In this document: piece after piece, positions 51,338 to 61,553 of the stretch
Position numbering within the stretch: the stretch's first letter is position 1
How the letters are laid out: every line of letters begins with the position of its first letter
NCBI GenBank assembly: GCA_040772225.1
Contig: JAXGYO010000002.1
Span: 1,725,762 to 1,789,761 of the forward strand
DNA: 64,000 nucleotides
Direction of reading: 5' to 3'
Origin: Anaerolineae bacterium
GTDB lineage: Bacteria > Chloroflexota > Anaerolineae > UBA1429
The notes under the pieces: model-generated
The model's database searches: none
Told to the model about the DNA's origin: nothing
Seen by the model: the letters and a program-made list of their open reading frames with translations, nothing else
Made by a program: the position numbers and the translations under genes

Positions 51338-54295
51338 TCAGTCTACCCATTCACCGCCCACTGTCAAACAAGCGGGCAAGTTGACCAGATAGGCAAGAAC
51401 GAAGAATACCCAGTGTGCCAGCTCAGGAACAAACAGGGCATTATCGATGAGGCCATGAGCGAACATGGCCGCCAACCCTCCCAGGAGCCCGACCAGCACC
51501 GCGCGCGAGGCTGGAGCGTACACTTGCCAGCGCCTGGCAACTGGAAGCCCCGCAGCGACCAGGGCGCCCAGGAACAACAGCAGACCGGGCAGACCGGTCC
51601 GAACCAGGAGATCCAGGGCAAAGTTATGCGGATGGGAGAGCCAGCGCTCGATCTCTGCGCCGGGGAGAATATAGTCTCCGTAATAATAGAGAAAGTTATC
51701 GAGGCCCACGCCGGTCCATAGATGATCTTTGGCCATCTCCCAGCTCGATTGCCAAAGCTGCAACCGCAAGAAGGTGGTGCCGCTCTGTAGATCCAGCAGG
51801 GAGGCAAAGCGCTCCGTCTGCATCAGCGGGATCAGGCAGAGCCCAAGGACGGCAAGGGCAACCAGGGCGTATGTTCGCACGCGCTTGCCCTTGAGCAGGC
51901 CGATAACCAACAGACCCGCCGGCACGCCGAGCAACCAGGCGCCACGGGAATAGGTGAGGATAACTGCAAGAAGAATCACCGCTGCCCCGGCTGCCCAGAA
52001 CCATCTCTTTTTGCCACTGCCCGACACATCGTCACCCGCTTCGGTGGCCACCGATATTCCCAGCGGCAGCATCCGTTCGAGATAGAGCGCCAGATTGTTG
52101 GGGGATCCAAAGAACCCACGCGCGCGCCTGACGCCCTCCGCCTCGATGACGCCCGCAGGAGAGGGATATCGCACAAGAGCATAGAGCGCGACCCCGACTG
52201 ACGAGGCGAAAAAGACACCCACCAACTGCCGCCAGAGGCGGCGGTCGGCCCCCGTGATCCGCAGCAGGAGATACAACAGGGCCGGCTCGGCCACCGCGGT
52301 GCGAAACTCGCGCAGGGCCTCGCGCTGGTACTCGGCACGCCAGGCTCCCATCCCCACCCAGGCCACAAAGGTGAGCAACAACAGATCGACCCAACTCAAC
52401 TGCTTGAAGCGTAACAGCTCAAGGCGCTCGCCTCCAAGTATCGCGGCGCCTGCCCGGGCCAGCGCGGCGCAGAGCACGGCCAACTCGGTTATCGAAAAGG
52501 TGCCAGGGCCCAGTCCGACATGGAGCGGGGCCAGGGGGATCGTGGCGACCGCGACGAGCAGGGCAGCATCGGGGCGCAGGAGCACCCCCATCCCGTACAG
52601 GGCCAGGAATCCAAGCCGGAGCATCGACCCGGGAGCCACCATGGCAAGCCCAAAGGTGAGCGCCATCGCGGCCAGGAGCCAGCCATCCGGTAGAGCATCG
52701 ACTCGCGCGCGTGCCCACCGGTAGGGGCGTCGCCAGTCGACCAGCCGCAGCCCCTGAACGATCCCCACTAGAAGCCAGGCACCGAGCAGCAATGAGAATC
52801 CGATCGTCGCCCATAGTCGTGTCACCTCAGGCCTGGCACCGACCTGCAACCCGCGAATGGCGTCGATCTGCGCGACGGTACCCACCAACGTGACAGTGCG
52901 TCTCTCGGCCGCCGCCGTCCTCACCACCCGGAATCTTGCGATTTCATCGTCGTGTGCATTCAGGATGATGGTTCGCTCATAGGGTGCCAGCACGCGCAAC
53001 ACCCCTTGCAGCCCGTCAGTATCCATCTCCACGAACAGATCGGACCCGTAAAAGTCAATCGAGACTGCGCGCTCCTCGGTAGCTGGCAGACCCGCCGGAA
53101 GGAGAGAGGAAACGCTGTGGCGCCCTGGAAAGCGCGTGCCATCAGTGTGCAAGCCCGGCTCTAGCGAGAGCATCAGCGGTTGTGGCTCCCCATCGGCGCC
53201 CAAGAGGCTGAGTCCCCAAACGGGGTCATCGATCTGTGCCATTGGCTGCAGATGGAGCGCACAGAACAGCGTCATCCAGGGCCACTCGCGCTGTACACGA
53301 TTGAAGGCCTCTTTGAGGCGCGAGGCCTGCAGCGTCGCGCTGTCGCTGCCCAGCGCCGAGGGTTGGCCGGTCCAGCCCTCAGGGAGGGCCACCCAGCCGC
53401 CTTCCAGCGCCCAAACTGGCTTGGCATCCTCACCCCGCTTGATCATCTCCTCGCGGAGCAGGATTACCCGCGAGAAATTGAGCACATCCGCGTCCACGCG
53501 CCTGTCATAGGCCCCCGACCAGAAGCCATAAGCCTTGACACCCAGCACATCAAAGTAGGGTGCCCCGCCCAGACGATAGATCTCTCGCAGAAAGAGGAGA
53601 TCACTCATGTTGCGGCCGGAGCGCTCAGTGTTGGGCGCCATGCCCCCCGCGATAATCAGAGCGCCCGGATCGGCGGCGCGGATTGCAGTGGCAGCCTCTT
53701 GCAGCATCGCCACATATCCCGCGGGATCGATAGCTCCCTTGCCCCAGTGGGGGTAGATGTTGGGCCGGTCCCAGATCTGGTAGGCACGAATCTGCTCGCC
53801 ATACCGCTCCGCGAAAGCAGCGGCGAACCGTGCAAAGGCCTCAGGATCCGCCGGCGGAGCCCAGGGATTGTCGGCCTCGTGTGTGGGTCGGGCCCAGATG
53901 GGAGAACGCTCCAGAACAGCCACGATCTGCAGTCCCTGCCCGTGCACCAGCGGCAGAACCTCGTCCCAAAAGCCCCACTCAAAGCGCCCGGGCTCCGGCT
54001 CGAGCGCATCCCAGAAAAAGTGCTGCACCAGCGTGCCATAGCCGAGGGCTTGAACGGTACTCAGCGCATCGAGTACCTGGAGGTTGGTGGTGTACTGCTC
54101 CAGAGCGACATTGATGCCCGCGCGGGGCGACTCCAGCACGGGCTGGTCGGCCGCCAGGCCCGACGCAACGCCCCTGTGCTGCTGCCGGTACGCACTCACG
54201 TCCTGGACAGCGACCGCCAGCAGCGCGACCAAGAGAATCCCTCGCACCAATATGCCGGCGAGGTCAAGCAGCGTCTGGCGTCTCGATCGCATCAC
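51338..54295 (-). CDS. Fusion protein: N-terminal clan GH-A-like TIM-barrel domain + C-terminal O-antigen ligase/polymerase (Wzy_C) membrane domain
   Basis: N-terminal signal anchor, GH-A-like blocks (FWDALEPEPGRFEW; QIWDRPN where the canonical NEP is replaced). C-terminal multi-TM region has Wzy_C motifs (GSPNNLALYLERMLPLG; HPHNFALDLLVRTGLPGL). Confidence 0.7.
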   Translation of the reverse strand: MMRSRRQTLLDLAGILVRGILLVALLAVAVQDVSAYRQQHRGVASGLAADQPVLESPRAGINVALEQYTTNLQVLDALSTVQALGYGTLVQHFFWDALEPEPGRFEWGFWDEVLPLVHGQGLQIVAVLERSPIWARPTHEADNPWAPPADPEAFARFAAAFAERYGEQIRAYQIWDRPNIYPHWGKGAIDPAGYVAMLQEAATAIRAADPGALIIAGGMAPNTERSGRNMSDLLFLREIYRLGGAPYFDVLGVKAYGFWSGAYDRRVDADVLNFSRVILLREEMIKRGEDAKPVWALEGGWVALPEGWTGQPSALGSDSATLQASRLKEAFNRVQREWPWMTLFCALHLQPMAQIDDPVWGLSLLGADGEPQPLMLSLEPGLHTDGTRFPGRHSVSSLLPAGLPATEERAVSIDFYGSDLFVEMDTDGLQGVLRVLAPYERTIILNAHDDEIARFRVVRTAAAERRTVTLVGTVAQIDAIRGLQVGARPEVTRLWATIGFSLLLGAWLLVGIVQGLRLVDWRRPYRWARARVDALPDGWLLAAMALTFGLAMVAPGSMLRLGFLALYGMGVLLRPDAALLVAVATIPLAPLHVGLGPGTFSITELAVLCAALARAGAAILGGERLELLRFKQLSWVDLLLLTFVAWVGMGAWRAEYQREALREFRTAVAEPALLYLLLRITGADRRLWRQLVGVFFASSVGVALYALVRYPSPAGVIEAEGVRRARGFFGSPNNLALYLERMLPLGISVATEAGDDVSGSGKKRWFWAAGAAVILLAVILTYSRGAWLLGVPAGLLVIGLLKGKRVRTYALVALAVLGLCLIPLMQTERFASLLDLQSGTTFLRLQLWQSSWEMAKDHLWTGVGLDNFLYYYGDYILPGAEIERWLSHPHNFALDLLVRTGLPGLLLFLGALVAAGLPVARRWQVYAPASRAVLVGLLGGLAAMFAHGLIDNALFVPELAHWVFFVLAYLVNLPACLTVGGEWVD

Positions 54296-54349
54296 TGTCC
54301 CCCTGCCGCTGCAGGCGCAGGCAGATATAGAGTGCAGCTATCGTGAGGA

Positions 54350-56299
54350 TCAAGCATCGCAGTCAGGCTCCGGGACAGAGGAGAGAGACGATTGCCGATG
54401 CAGGTGCACCAGCAACACCGAGATATCGGCAGGGTTGACCCCGGCGATGCGTGCCGCCTGGCCCACGGTTTCCGGCCGGTAGTGATCCAGCCTCTCGCGA
54501 GCCTCGGTCCGCATCCCGTGCATGTTCGCATAGACGAGATCGGGCGGTATACGCCACGTTTCCAGCCGGCGTGCACGGGCGACCTGTTGCTGCTGTTTGG
54601 CCACATACCCTTCGTACTGGATCTCGACCAGGGCCTGATCCTGCACCTCAGACGGCACGGCCTCTTCCGCGGCTGCAAACAAGCGTACGATCTCCAATGT
54701 CGCTCCCGGCCGCTTGAGCACCTGGTAGGCAGGGGTGGCCTGTACCAGGGGCTCCAGACCTAGCTGCTGCAGAAAGGGATTGACGACATCGGGGGGCAGG
54801 CTGACCCGCTTGAGTCGTTCAATCTCTGACGCGATCCCCTCGCGCTTGGCCGTTACCGCTCGCCAGCGATCCTCGCCGATCAGGCCGGCATCGTGCGCAA
54901 GGTCCGCCAGACGGAGGTCGGCATTGTCCTGCCTGAGCAGCAGGCGGTATTCGGCACGGGAGGTGAGCATCCTGTACGGCTCGTCAATCTCGCGGGTGAC
55001 CAGGTCGTCCACCAGGACACCGAGGTAGCCCTGATCGCGCCCGATCACCACCGGCGGCTCGTCCCAGGCGAGGCGCGCGGCATTGGCGCCCGCCAGCACA
55101 CCCTGTGCCGCCGCCTCCTCATACCCCGATGTGCCATTGATCTGACCTGCCAGGAACAGCCCTGGCACCGTGCGCGCTTCAAGAGACCTCGTCAGTTGGG
55201 AAGGCGGGCAAAAGTCATAGGCGATGGCATAGCCCGGCCTGATGATTCTGGCCTGAGCAAGAGCCGGGATCGTGTGCAGGAGCTCCTCCTGGACCTCCAC
55301 AGGGAGCCCGGTGAAGCAGCCCTGGACATAGACCTCGTTGGTGTTCCACCCCTCAGGCTCGAGAAAGAACTGGTGACTCTCCTTATCCGCATAGCGCACT
55401 ATCTTGTCCTCAATCGAGGGACAATAGCGCGGGCCGCTGGCCTCGATCGCCCCGGGAGCAATCGGCGAACGATGCAGGTTATCACGGATCACCCGATGGG
55501 TCTCTGCGTTGGTCTTGACCAGGTAACAGGGCAGCTGTGGCCGCCATGCCGTCTGATGCCCAATCGGGTAAATCGGGTTCGCCGGCCAGAGCAGCGGCTC
55601 CTCAGCGGGCTCTCTCTGAGAAAAGTACAGGGGCTCATCGCTGCCGAACTGAGATACAGTCAGCGCATAGTCGATGGTGCGTGCATCGACGCGTGGCGGC
55701 GTGTTGGTCTGCAGCCGCCCCAGCCGCAGGCCCAGAGCGAGCAGCGCCCGAGAGAGACCCGTGGCGGGAGGCTCGCCTGCGCGCCCGGCTGGCGTCCGGT
55801 ACTCCCCGCTGAGGATCTGGCCGTTGAGAAAGGTGCCCCCGGTGATGACCACCGTCTTGCCCGGAATCTTTGTGCCGCTGGCCAGCGCGACTCCCGCTAT
55901 GTGCCCCTGGCGCACTTGCAGACTGGACACCTGTCCCTGGAACAGGTCCAGATTGGGTGCCTGCTCAAGCCGCTCCCTCATAGAAAGCGAATAGAGCCGT
56001 TTGTCCGCCTGAGCGCGCAGCGACTGCACCGCGGGACCTTTGGACAGGTTGAGCATCCGGATCTGAATCAGTGTGCGATCGGTGTTGCGTGCCATCGCTC
56101 CACCCAGAGCATCTACCTCGCGCACGAGGTGCGCTTTGGCGGGCCCCCCTACGCTTGGATTGCAGGGCATGAGCGCGATCAGGTCAAGGTTCATTGTGAC
56201 GAGCAGCGTGCGCCGACCCATGCGGGCAGCCGCCAGCGCGGCCTCACAGCCCGCATGACCTGCACCCACCACGATCACATCATAGACCAGCCCTGTCAC
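54350..56299 (-). CDS. mnmG: tRNA uridine 5-carboxymethylaminomethyl modification enzyme
   Basis: YDVIVVGAGHAGCEAA FAD motif and MnmG blocks throughout. Probable GTG start in a GTGA overlap with the upstream NUDIX stop. GGAGG RBS. Confidence 0.9.
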   Translation of the reverse strand: MTGLVYDVIVVGAGHAGCEAALAAARMGRRTLLVTMNLDLIALMPCNPSVGGPAKAHLVREVDALGGAMARNTDRTLIQIRMLNLSKGPAVQSLRAQADKRLYSLSMRERLEQAPNLDLFQGQVSSLQVRQGHIAGVALASGTKIPGKTVVITGGTFLNGQILSGEYRTPAGRAGEPPATGLSRALLALGLRLGRLQTNTPPRVDARTIDYALTVSQFGSDEPLYFSQREPAEEPLLWPANPIYPIGHQTAWRPQLPCYLVKTNAETHRVIRDNLHRSPIAPGAIEASGPRYCPSIEDKIVRYADKESHQFFLEPEGWNTNEVYVQGCFTGLPVEVQEELLHTIPALAQARIIRPGYAIAYDFCPPSQLTRSLEARTVPGLFLAGQINGTSGYEEAAAQGVLAGANAARLAWDEPPVVIGRDQGYLGVLVDDLVTREIDEPYRMLTSRAEYRLLLRQDNADLRLADLAHDAGLIGEDRWRAVTAKREGIASEIERLKRVSLPPDVVNPFLQQLGLEPLVQATPAYQVLKRPGATLEIVRLFAAAEEAVPSEVQDQALVEIQYEGYVAKQQQQVARARRLETWRIPPDLVYANMHGMRTEARERLDHYRPETVGQAARIAGVNPADISVLLVHLHRQSSLSSVPEPDCDA

Positions 56300-56889
56300 C
56301 CGCTCTTTTCCTCCAGGGCCCGGGCAGCCAGGCGGTGTGCCGCCGCCCGGATCACCCCCCAGTCGTGCCACCGGCCATCCAGCGCCGCCAGCTCATCGGC
56401 GATAATGGAGAGATCCTCCGGTGCGACATGTCTGAATCCGCTGATCTGCTCGTGCTCATCCTGAACGCCAAGCGTCCCGTCCAACTCGGCAAGCTCGATC
56501 AGATAGCTCGTGAAATCGAAACCCTCATCGCCATGCACAAACCGCTGCGCGAGAACGCCAAGGAATCGCTCCATCTCAACGACCAGCCCCGTCTCCTCAC
56601 GTGCTTCGCGCAAGGCGGCCTGGATCAGGTCCTCACCGGCATTGATGCCGCCGGTCATCAGCCGGTAGGCCCCCTCGGGATAAAAAGTCTTGGTGTGCAG
56701 CAGGTAGCGGCCGTCCGGATGCCTCACCAGGAGCACCACTTCTGCGACCCGGCCATCCTTGAGCTGGCGCCAATAGTCCAGGGTCTCTTGCGAAACAGGT
56801 ATCTCCACATGCTCCGTCAGCGGCGTGCCATAGCGTGCCATGGCTGCCTTCACCCCGCTTGGCCCCCGGTTCTGCTGCGATTCTGACAT
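56296..56889 (-). CDS. NUDIX hydrolase
   Basis: Nudix box GGINAGEDLIQAALREAREETG. Confidence 0.8.
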   Translation of the reverse strand: MSESQQNRGPSGVKAAMARYGTPLTEHVEIPVSQETLDYWRQLKDGRVAEVVLLVRHPDGRYLLHTKTFYPEGAYRLMTGGINAGEDLIQAALREAREETGLVVEMERFLGVLAQRFVHGDEGFDFTSYLIELAELDGTLGVQDEHEQISGFRHVAPEDLSIIADELAALDGRWHDWGVIRAAAHRLAARALEEKSG

Positions 56890-56963
56890 GGGTTCTCCTG
56901 CACTATGGTAGGCGGATTATAGCGCCTGCGCATGGCCACAGGAAATGACCCATCACGGGAAAC

Positions 56964-56988
56964 AAAAAAGGAGCCGGCGAGGCTCCTT
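56964..56988 (-). terminator. Rho-independent terminator after the secreted GH gene
   Basis: AGGAGCC-GGCGA-GGCTCCT preceded on the plus strand by AAAAAA (a U-tract on the minus-strand transcript). Confidence 0.5.
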
Positions 56989-57009
56989 ACCTGTACAGAG
57001 GGATTTGGC

Positions 57010-58437
57010 CTATTCCTTTTGCGACACCATCTGCAGAATCGCGCCCAGATCGGCGGTGACATCAAAGCTGCCCCAACGCCCGCTTGCATCGCCGGCGTTA
57101 AAGACCGCAAAGCCAATGACATAGGGGTCCCGCCGCAGCTCATCGTCGTACCAGGAGAGTTGCTCGATATATCCTGCGAGTGAGCCCTCGGGCCCGCTCT
57201 CCTCAAAGTCCTGCCAGCCTCCCAGTCCGGCCTTTTGGGCAACCAGCACCCCGCCATCAACGCCAGCCTCTGTCACCACCAGGGGCACAACCAGCCTGGC
57301 AGGGGCGAGATAGTGCTCGTACCAGTAGCGATAGCGCAACGTGAGACTGCCGTAATCCGCCTCCGGGTCGTGGCCGGGTATACCCTGCCCAACACCGTCC
57401 ATCATCGTCGGCGCCGAGTACTCGTGCAGAGCAAGAACGCCGCCATGGGCTTTGGCAGCCTGGATAGCAGGAAGGAACGCTGCAAACTCATCCGCTTCGG
57501 GCGTTCCAGTGGAAAAGTTTCCTACAGCGACCTTAAAGCCGAGGGCGGCCATCAGCTCAGCACGTTCAGCCTCAAAGCTCGCGTACCATGCCATGTCTGC
57601 GGGACTGTCGATGCCGGGTTCATTCCATCCCAACCAGTAGTCCACGCCTGGATTTGCCAGATATCGCGCTGCGTGGGCCATCACAAACTGTTGCGCGCGC
57701 TCGGCTGGATCGCCAGTCAGGGTCTGATCGACCTCATCAAATCGCCCCAGCGTGATCGTCCCAGGAGAAATCTCTTTGGCCTCAGTCAGCCAGCCCAAAT
57801 CCCCGACACCTACAAGTACCGCGGGCTGGGCATCCTTGATAAAGGCCATGATGTTCGGATCAGAGTTTCTGGTGACGTGCAATCCCAGCTTGCTGCGCCC
57901 GTCGGAATAGTCAAAGGACAGGGGCTCTTCCTCGACCACAAAGGCCATCTCGGCGCTCAAAGGCACGCTCCAAAGAGTAGTGCGACTGCCCTCGCCCTGA
58001 TCGACCACAAAGGCGCTCCACCCCTCGGACCAGTTCATCTCGATCTGGTGGCAGCACGCCAGTGGATCTGCCTCTTGATACGCAAAGACATGCGAAACAG
58101 ACTCGCCAGCAGGCAATACATCCACGAACCACTCGGCGCTCTGCTCATCCTCGGACTCTGGGGCAAAGAAACGGTCCAGGACAAACAGGCTGTACAGGTC
58201 CCAGCTGCTCAGGTTGCTCATGGTCACGACGTACCGCGGAGAGGTAGCTGGAACAAAAGTGGCCTGCAGGAGTAGCACATCGTCTGCCACAGGGTCTACA
58301 AGGGGAGCGGACAGATGCTGGGGTGCGTCTACGACGATGACGGAATCACCGCGCACCAGGGCGACAGGGGCGCAGGCCAAGATCACCAATGCCAGGGTGA
58401 AGAGCGCTCGAAGGATAGAGCCGGATCGCAAGTGCAC
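57010..58437 (-). CDS. Secreted clan GH-A (GH5-like) glycoside hydrolase-like protein
   Basis: Signal peptide after a GTG start (GGAGG RBS). WLGWNEPG (acid/base) and LVVTEAGVDG (nucleophile) motifs. Confidence 0.7.
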   Translation of the reverse strand: MHLRSGSILRALFTLALVILACAPVALVRGDSVIVVDAPQHLSAPLVDPVADDVLLLQATFVPATSPRYVVTMSNLSSWDLYSLFVLDRFFAPESEDEQSAEWFVDVLPAGESVSHVFAYQEADPLACCHQIEMNWSEGWSAFVVDQGEGSRTTLWSVPLSAEMAFVVEEEPLSFDYSDGRSKLGLHVTRNSDPNIMAFIKDAQPAVLVGVGDLGWLTEAKEISPGTITLGRFDEVDQTLTGDPAERAQQFVMAHAARYLANPGVDYWLGWNEPGIDSPADMAWYASFEAERAELMAALGFKVAVGNFSTGTPEADEFAAFLPAIQAAKAHGGVLALHEYSAPTMMDGVGQGIPGHDPEADYGSLTLRYRYWYEHYLAPARLVVPLVVTEAGVDGGVLVAQKAGLGGWQDFEESGPEGSLAGYIEQLSWYDDELRRDPYVIGFAVFNAGDASGRWGSFDVTADLGAILQMVSQKE

Positions 58438-58556
58438 CTTTGCCTCCAAGGCCGCCGCACAGAACGCAGGTTCGTGTACACTTAAAGTATACACGATGCT
58501 CAGATGCGCAACAAGGCCTTTCCATCCGCAGTTCTTACCGAGTCCCATGTGAAACA

Positions 58557-59282
58557 CTACGGAAATCCGACGCCAGGGCCAGGCGGATGGGTCAGCGCCA
58601 TGCCCCAGACGATCTCTGCACCGGCATCGCAGAGGGCCTGTGCACAGGCGGACATGGTCGCCCCAGTAGTGAGCACATCATCGATCAGAAGCACACGCAC
58701 GCCCCTGGGCACCTCTTCCGTACAAGCGAAAGCGCCTGCAACATTGTGCAATCGTTCCTCGGGCGAGAGCCCCACCTGAGACCGGGTCGCACGCCAGCGA
58801 TGCAGGACGTTGGGACACAGGTCAAGGCCAGTGTTTGCGCAAAAGCCGCGGCCAAGCAACTCTGCCTGGTTGTAGCCGCGCCGGCGCAACTGGGCGCGAT
58901 GGAGCGGGACGGGGATCACGACGTCCACAGTGCGCGCCTGCGCCCGCCAGGCGTCCGCGAGCAGGGTGGACAATGGATCCGCGAGGACGCGAACGCCACC
59001 GTACTTTAGTCCGTGCACGGCTTCGCGCAGGGGATAAATGTGAGGAGACAGTGTCAGTGCCCCTGCCAGCGCCTCCGTCCGGTTCCGGAGACGCGGCACA
59101 AGGTTCAGCCTACCGCGGCCGGGTATCGACGAGATGCACGCCGGGCAGAGCCAATCTCCTGCGCTGCCGCAGGCCACACAGTGTGGCGGAAACAGGCCAT
59201 CAAGCAGCGTTCCAAGGGGCCCGCTATCTTTCGCCCTGAGCCAGACTGGCAACGTCACCCTTCCTCGGGAAACTCGCTCCAC
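58557..59282 (-). CDS. comF: ComF-family protein (phosphoribosyltransferase-like)
   Basis: N-terminal Cys4 (CVACGS...CPAC) and a C-terminal PRTase motif (VLLIDDVLTTGATM). Confidence 0.7.
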   Translation of the reverse strand: MERVSRGRVTLPVWLRAKDSGPLGTLLDGLFPPHCVACGSAGDWLCPACISSIPGRGRLNLVPRLRNRTEALAGALTLSPHIYPLREAVHGLKYGGVRVLADPLSTLLADAWRAQARTVDVVIPVPLHRAQLRRRGYNQAELLGRGFCANTGLDLCPNVLHRWRATRSQVGLSPEERLHNVAGAFACTEEVPRGVRVLLIDDVLTTGATMSACAQALCDAGAEIVWGMALTHPPGPGVGFP

Positions 59283-59379
59283 AGGCCGTCCCTCCGACCC
59301 TCAACGGCATTGACCTGGTTTGTTTCTGCGCCTATCCTAGCACCGAACTACTGCAGTTGTCACCCGGAGAGTGTGAGCC

Positions 59380-60387
59380 ATGAGCAAGATCCGCGTCCTT
59401 GTCACCATCCCACAGCCACTGCGGGACCTCGTGCTGGCACCCGAGACGCTGGCGGAACTCCGTTCCTTCGCCGACGTGACACTCAACGAGGACGGGCGCA
59501 ACTGGGATGCCGAGGCCCTCTGCGCCCGCCTCCCGGGTGTAGATGCGATCCTGGGAAGCTGGGGTCTTCCGCAGCTCACGTCCGAGGTGCTTTCGCAGGC
59601 GGACCGCCTGTCATTCGTGGCCTATGCCGCGGGCAGCATCAAGCCCTTTATGACCGACGCGGCTTATGACCGGGGCATCCGCGTGACGCACGCCGCGGCG
59701 CGTATCGCCGAATCGGTGGCTGATATCACCCTGGTGCTCGCCATGATGGGCCTGCGCCGGCCGCAGGATTTTGACCGCAGGCTCAAGTCGGGTGAAGCCT
59801 GGCCCGATGCGCGCGCGGTGGATACCTACGAGATCCGCGGCAAGACCGTGGGCCTCCTCGGCCTGGGCTATGTCGGGCGCCGCACCGCCGCACTGTTCCA
59901 GGCCGTCGGGGCGCAGGTCTGGGGCTATGATCCCTACGTCGACGAGGCCGCTATGGCCGCCCTGGGGGTGCGTAAGGTGGCCCTGGATGACCCGCTGCGC
60001 GGCTGCAAGGTGGTCTCCGTGCACCTGCCGATCACGCCCGAGACGCGACACCTGCTCGGGCGACGCGAACTGAGCCTGATCCGCGATGGCGCGGTGTTCA
60101 TCAACACCTCGCGGGCCTGGGTGGTCGATCAAGAGGCGCTGCTCGACCAGTTGCGCACCGGGCGGTTCTGGGCAGCGCTGGACGTCTACGAGCCCGAGCC
60201 CTTGCCTGTCGATTCGCCCCTGCGCACGCTGGACAACGTCGTGCTCACGCCCCACATCGCCGGGATGACCCGCGACTCGTACCTGGGCCTGACCCGCGAG
60301 ATGGTGGACGAGATCCGGCGCCTGTTCGTGACCCACGAGCCGTTGCGCTACGAGATTACCCGCGAACGCCTGGCCCGCATGGCCTAG
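59380..60387 (+). CDS. D-isomer-specific 2-hydroxyacid dehydrogenase family protein
   Basis: NAD motif GLLGLGYVGRRTA; catalytic region with RGAVFINTSRAWVVD; HIAGMT. Confidence 0.85.
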   Translation: MSKIRVLVTIPQPLRDLVLAPETLAELRSFADVTLNEDGRNWDAEALCARLPGVDAILGSWGLPQLTSEVLSQADRLSFVAYAAGSIKPFMTDAAYDRGIRVTHAAARIAESVADITLVLAMMGLRRPQDFDRRLKSGEAWPDARAVDTYEIRGKTVGLLGLGYVGRRTAALFQAVGAQVWGYDPYVDEAAMAALGVRKVALDDPLRGCKVVSVHLPITPETRHLLGRRELSLIRDGAVFINTSRAWVVDQEALLDQLRTGRFWAALDVYEPEPLPVDSPLRTLDNVVLTPHIAGMTRDSYLGLTREMVDEIRRLFVTHEPLRYEITRERLARMA

Positions 60388-60414
60388 AGTTCTTTGACAG
60401 AGGGAGAGATCAGG

Positions 60415-61503
60415 ATGCAGGACAATGCGATCGGACTGAACAAATGGGAACTCGACACGCCTGCGCTGTGCCTGGACCTGCGCGCGTTGGACCGGAACAT
60501 CGCCCGGATGGCGGATTTCCTGCACGACGGCCCCACGGGCGTGCGCCCGCACAGCAAGACCCACAAGTGCCCGACCATTGCCTGGAAGCAACTGCGCGCC
60601 GGGGCCGTGGGCATCACCTGCGCCAAGGTGGGCGAGGCCGAGGCCATGGCCAGCGCGGGGATCAAGGACATCCTCATCGCCAACCAGGTCATCGGCCGGA
60701 CCAAGATCACGCGACTGATGGGGCTGGCCGCCGACACCGAGATCATGGTGGCGGTGGAGGCACTGGAGAACGCCCGGGAGTTGTCCGACGCGGCGGTGGC
60801 CGCCGGCGTGCGGCTGCGCGCCATCATCGAGGTGGACACGGGCATGGGGCGCTGCGGCACCCTCCCCGGCAGCGAGACGCTGGACCTCGCCCGTGAGATG
60901 GCCCGCCTGCCCGGGCTGCGCCTGGAGGGTATCATGGGCTATGAGGGGCACGCCGTGATGATCCCGGATATGGAGCGCCGTCGCGCCGCCGCCGAGGAGG
61001 CGATGGCGCTCTTGATCGACACCCGGGACCTGGTGCAGAAGGACGGCCTGCCGGTGCCCATCGTCTCCGCGGGCGGCTCGGGCACCTACAACATCACCGG
61101 GCGCTATCCGGGCGTCACCGATATCCAGGCCGGCTCGTATGCCACCATGGACGCCCGCTATCGCACCATCATCCCCGAATTCGAGATCGCCCTGACTGTC
61201 GTCGCACAGGTGATCAGTGTCCGCGGGGACCACGCCGTGATCGACGCCGGGCTCAAGACCATGACGCCCGAGTTCGGCAAGCCGGAGGTTATCGGGCCCG
61301 AGGGCTGGGCGTTGGACCACCAGTCGGAGGAGCACAGCACCCTGACCCGCCAGGGCGGCGCCGCGCTCAAGCCGGGGGACAAAGTCGAGATCGTGCCCTC
61401 GCACGGCTGCACGACCATCAACCTGCACGACGCCTATCACGTCATCGATGGGGAACGCCTGGTGGCGCTGTGGCCGATCGCGGGGAGAGGGAAGATACGG
61501 TAG
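60415..61503 (+). CDS. PLP-dependent DSD1/D-threonine aldolase family enzyme (alanine racemase N-terminal domain-like)
   Basis: RPHSKTHKC PLP-lysine motif. GAGGGAGAG RBS before ATG 60415. Confidence 0.75.
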   Translation: MQDNAIGLNKWELDTPALCLDLRALDRNIARMADFLHDGPTGVRPHSKTHKCPTIAWKQLRAGAVGITCAKVGEAEAMASAGIKDILIANQVIGRTKITRLMGLAADTEIMVAVEALENARELSDAAVAAGVRLRAIIEVDTGMGRCGTLPGSETLDLAREMARLPGLRLEGIMGYEGHAVMIPDMERRRAAAEEAMALLIDTRDLVQKDGLPVPIVSAGGSGTYNITGRYPGVTDIQAGSYATMDARYRTIIPEFEIALTVVAQVISVRGDHAVIDAGLKTMTPEFGKPEVIGPEGWALDHQSEEHSTLTRQGGAALKPGDKVEIVPSHGCTTINLHDAYHVIDGERLVALWPIAGRGKIR

Positions 61504-61553
61504 GGGCATGAGGCCCCGCCTTCGGACGGCGGTGTGCCCTGCAAACCGTCAAG

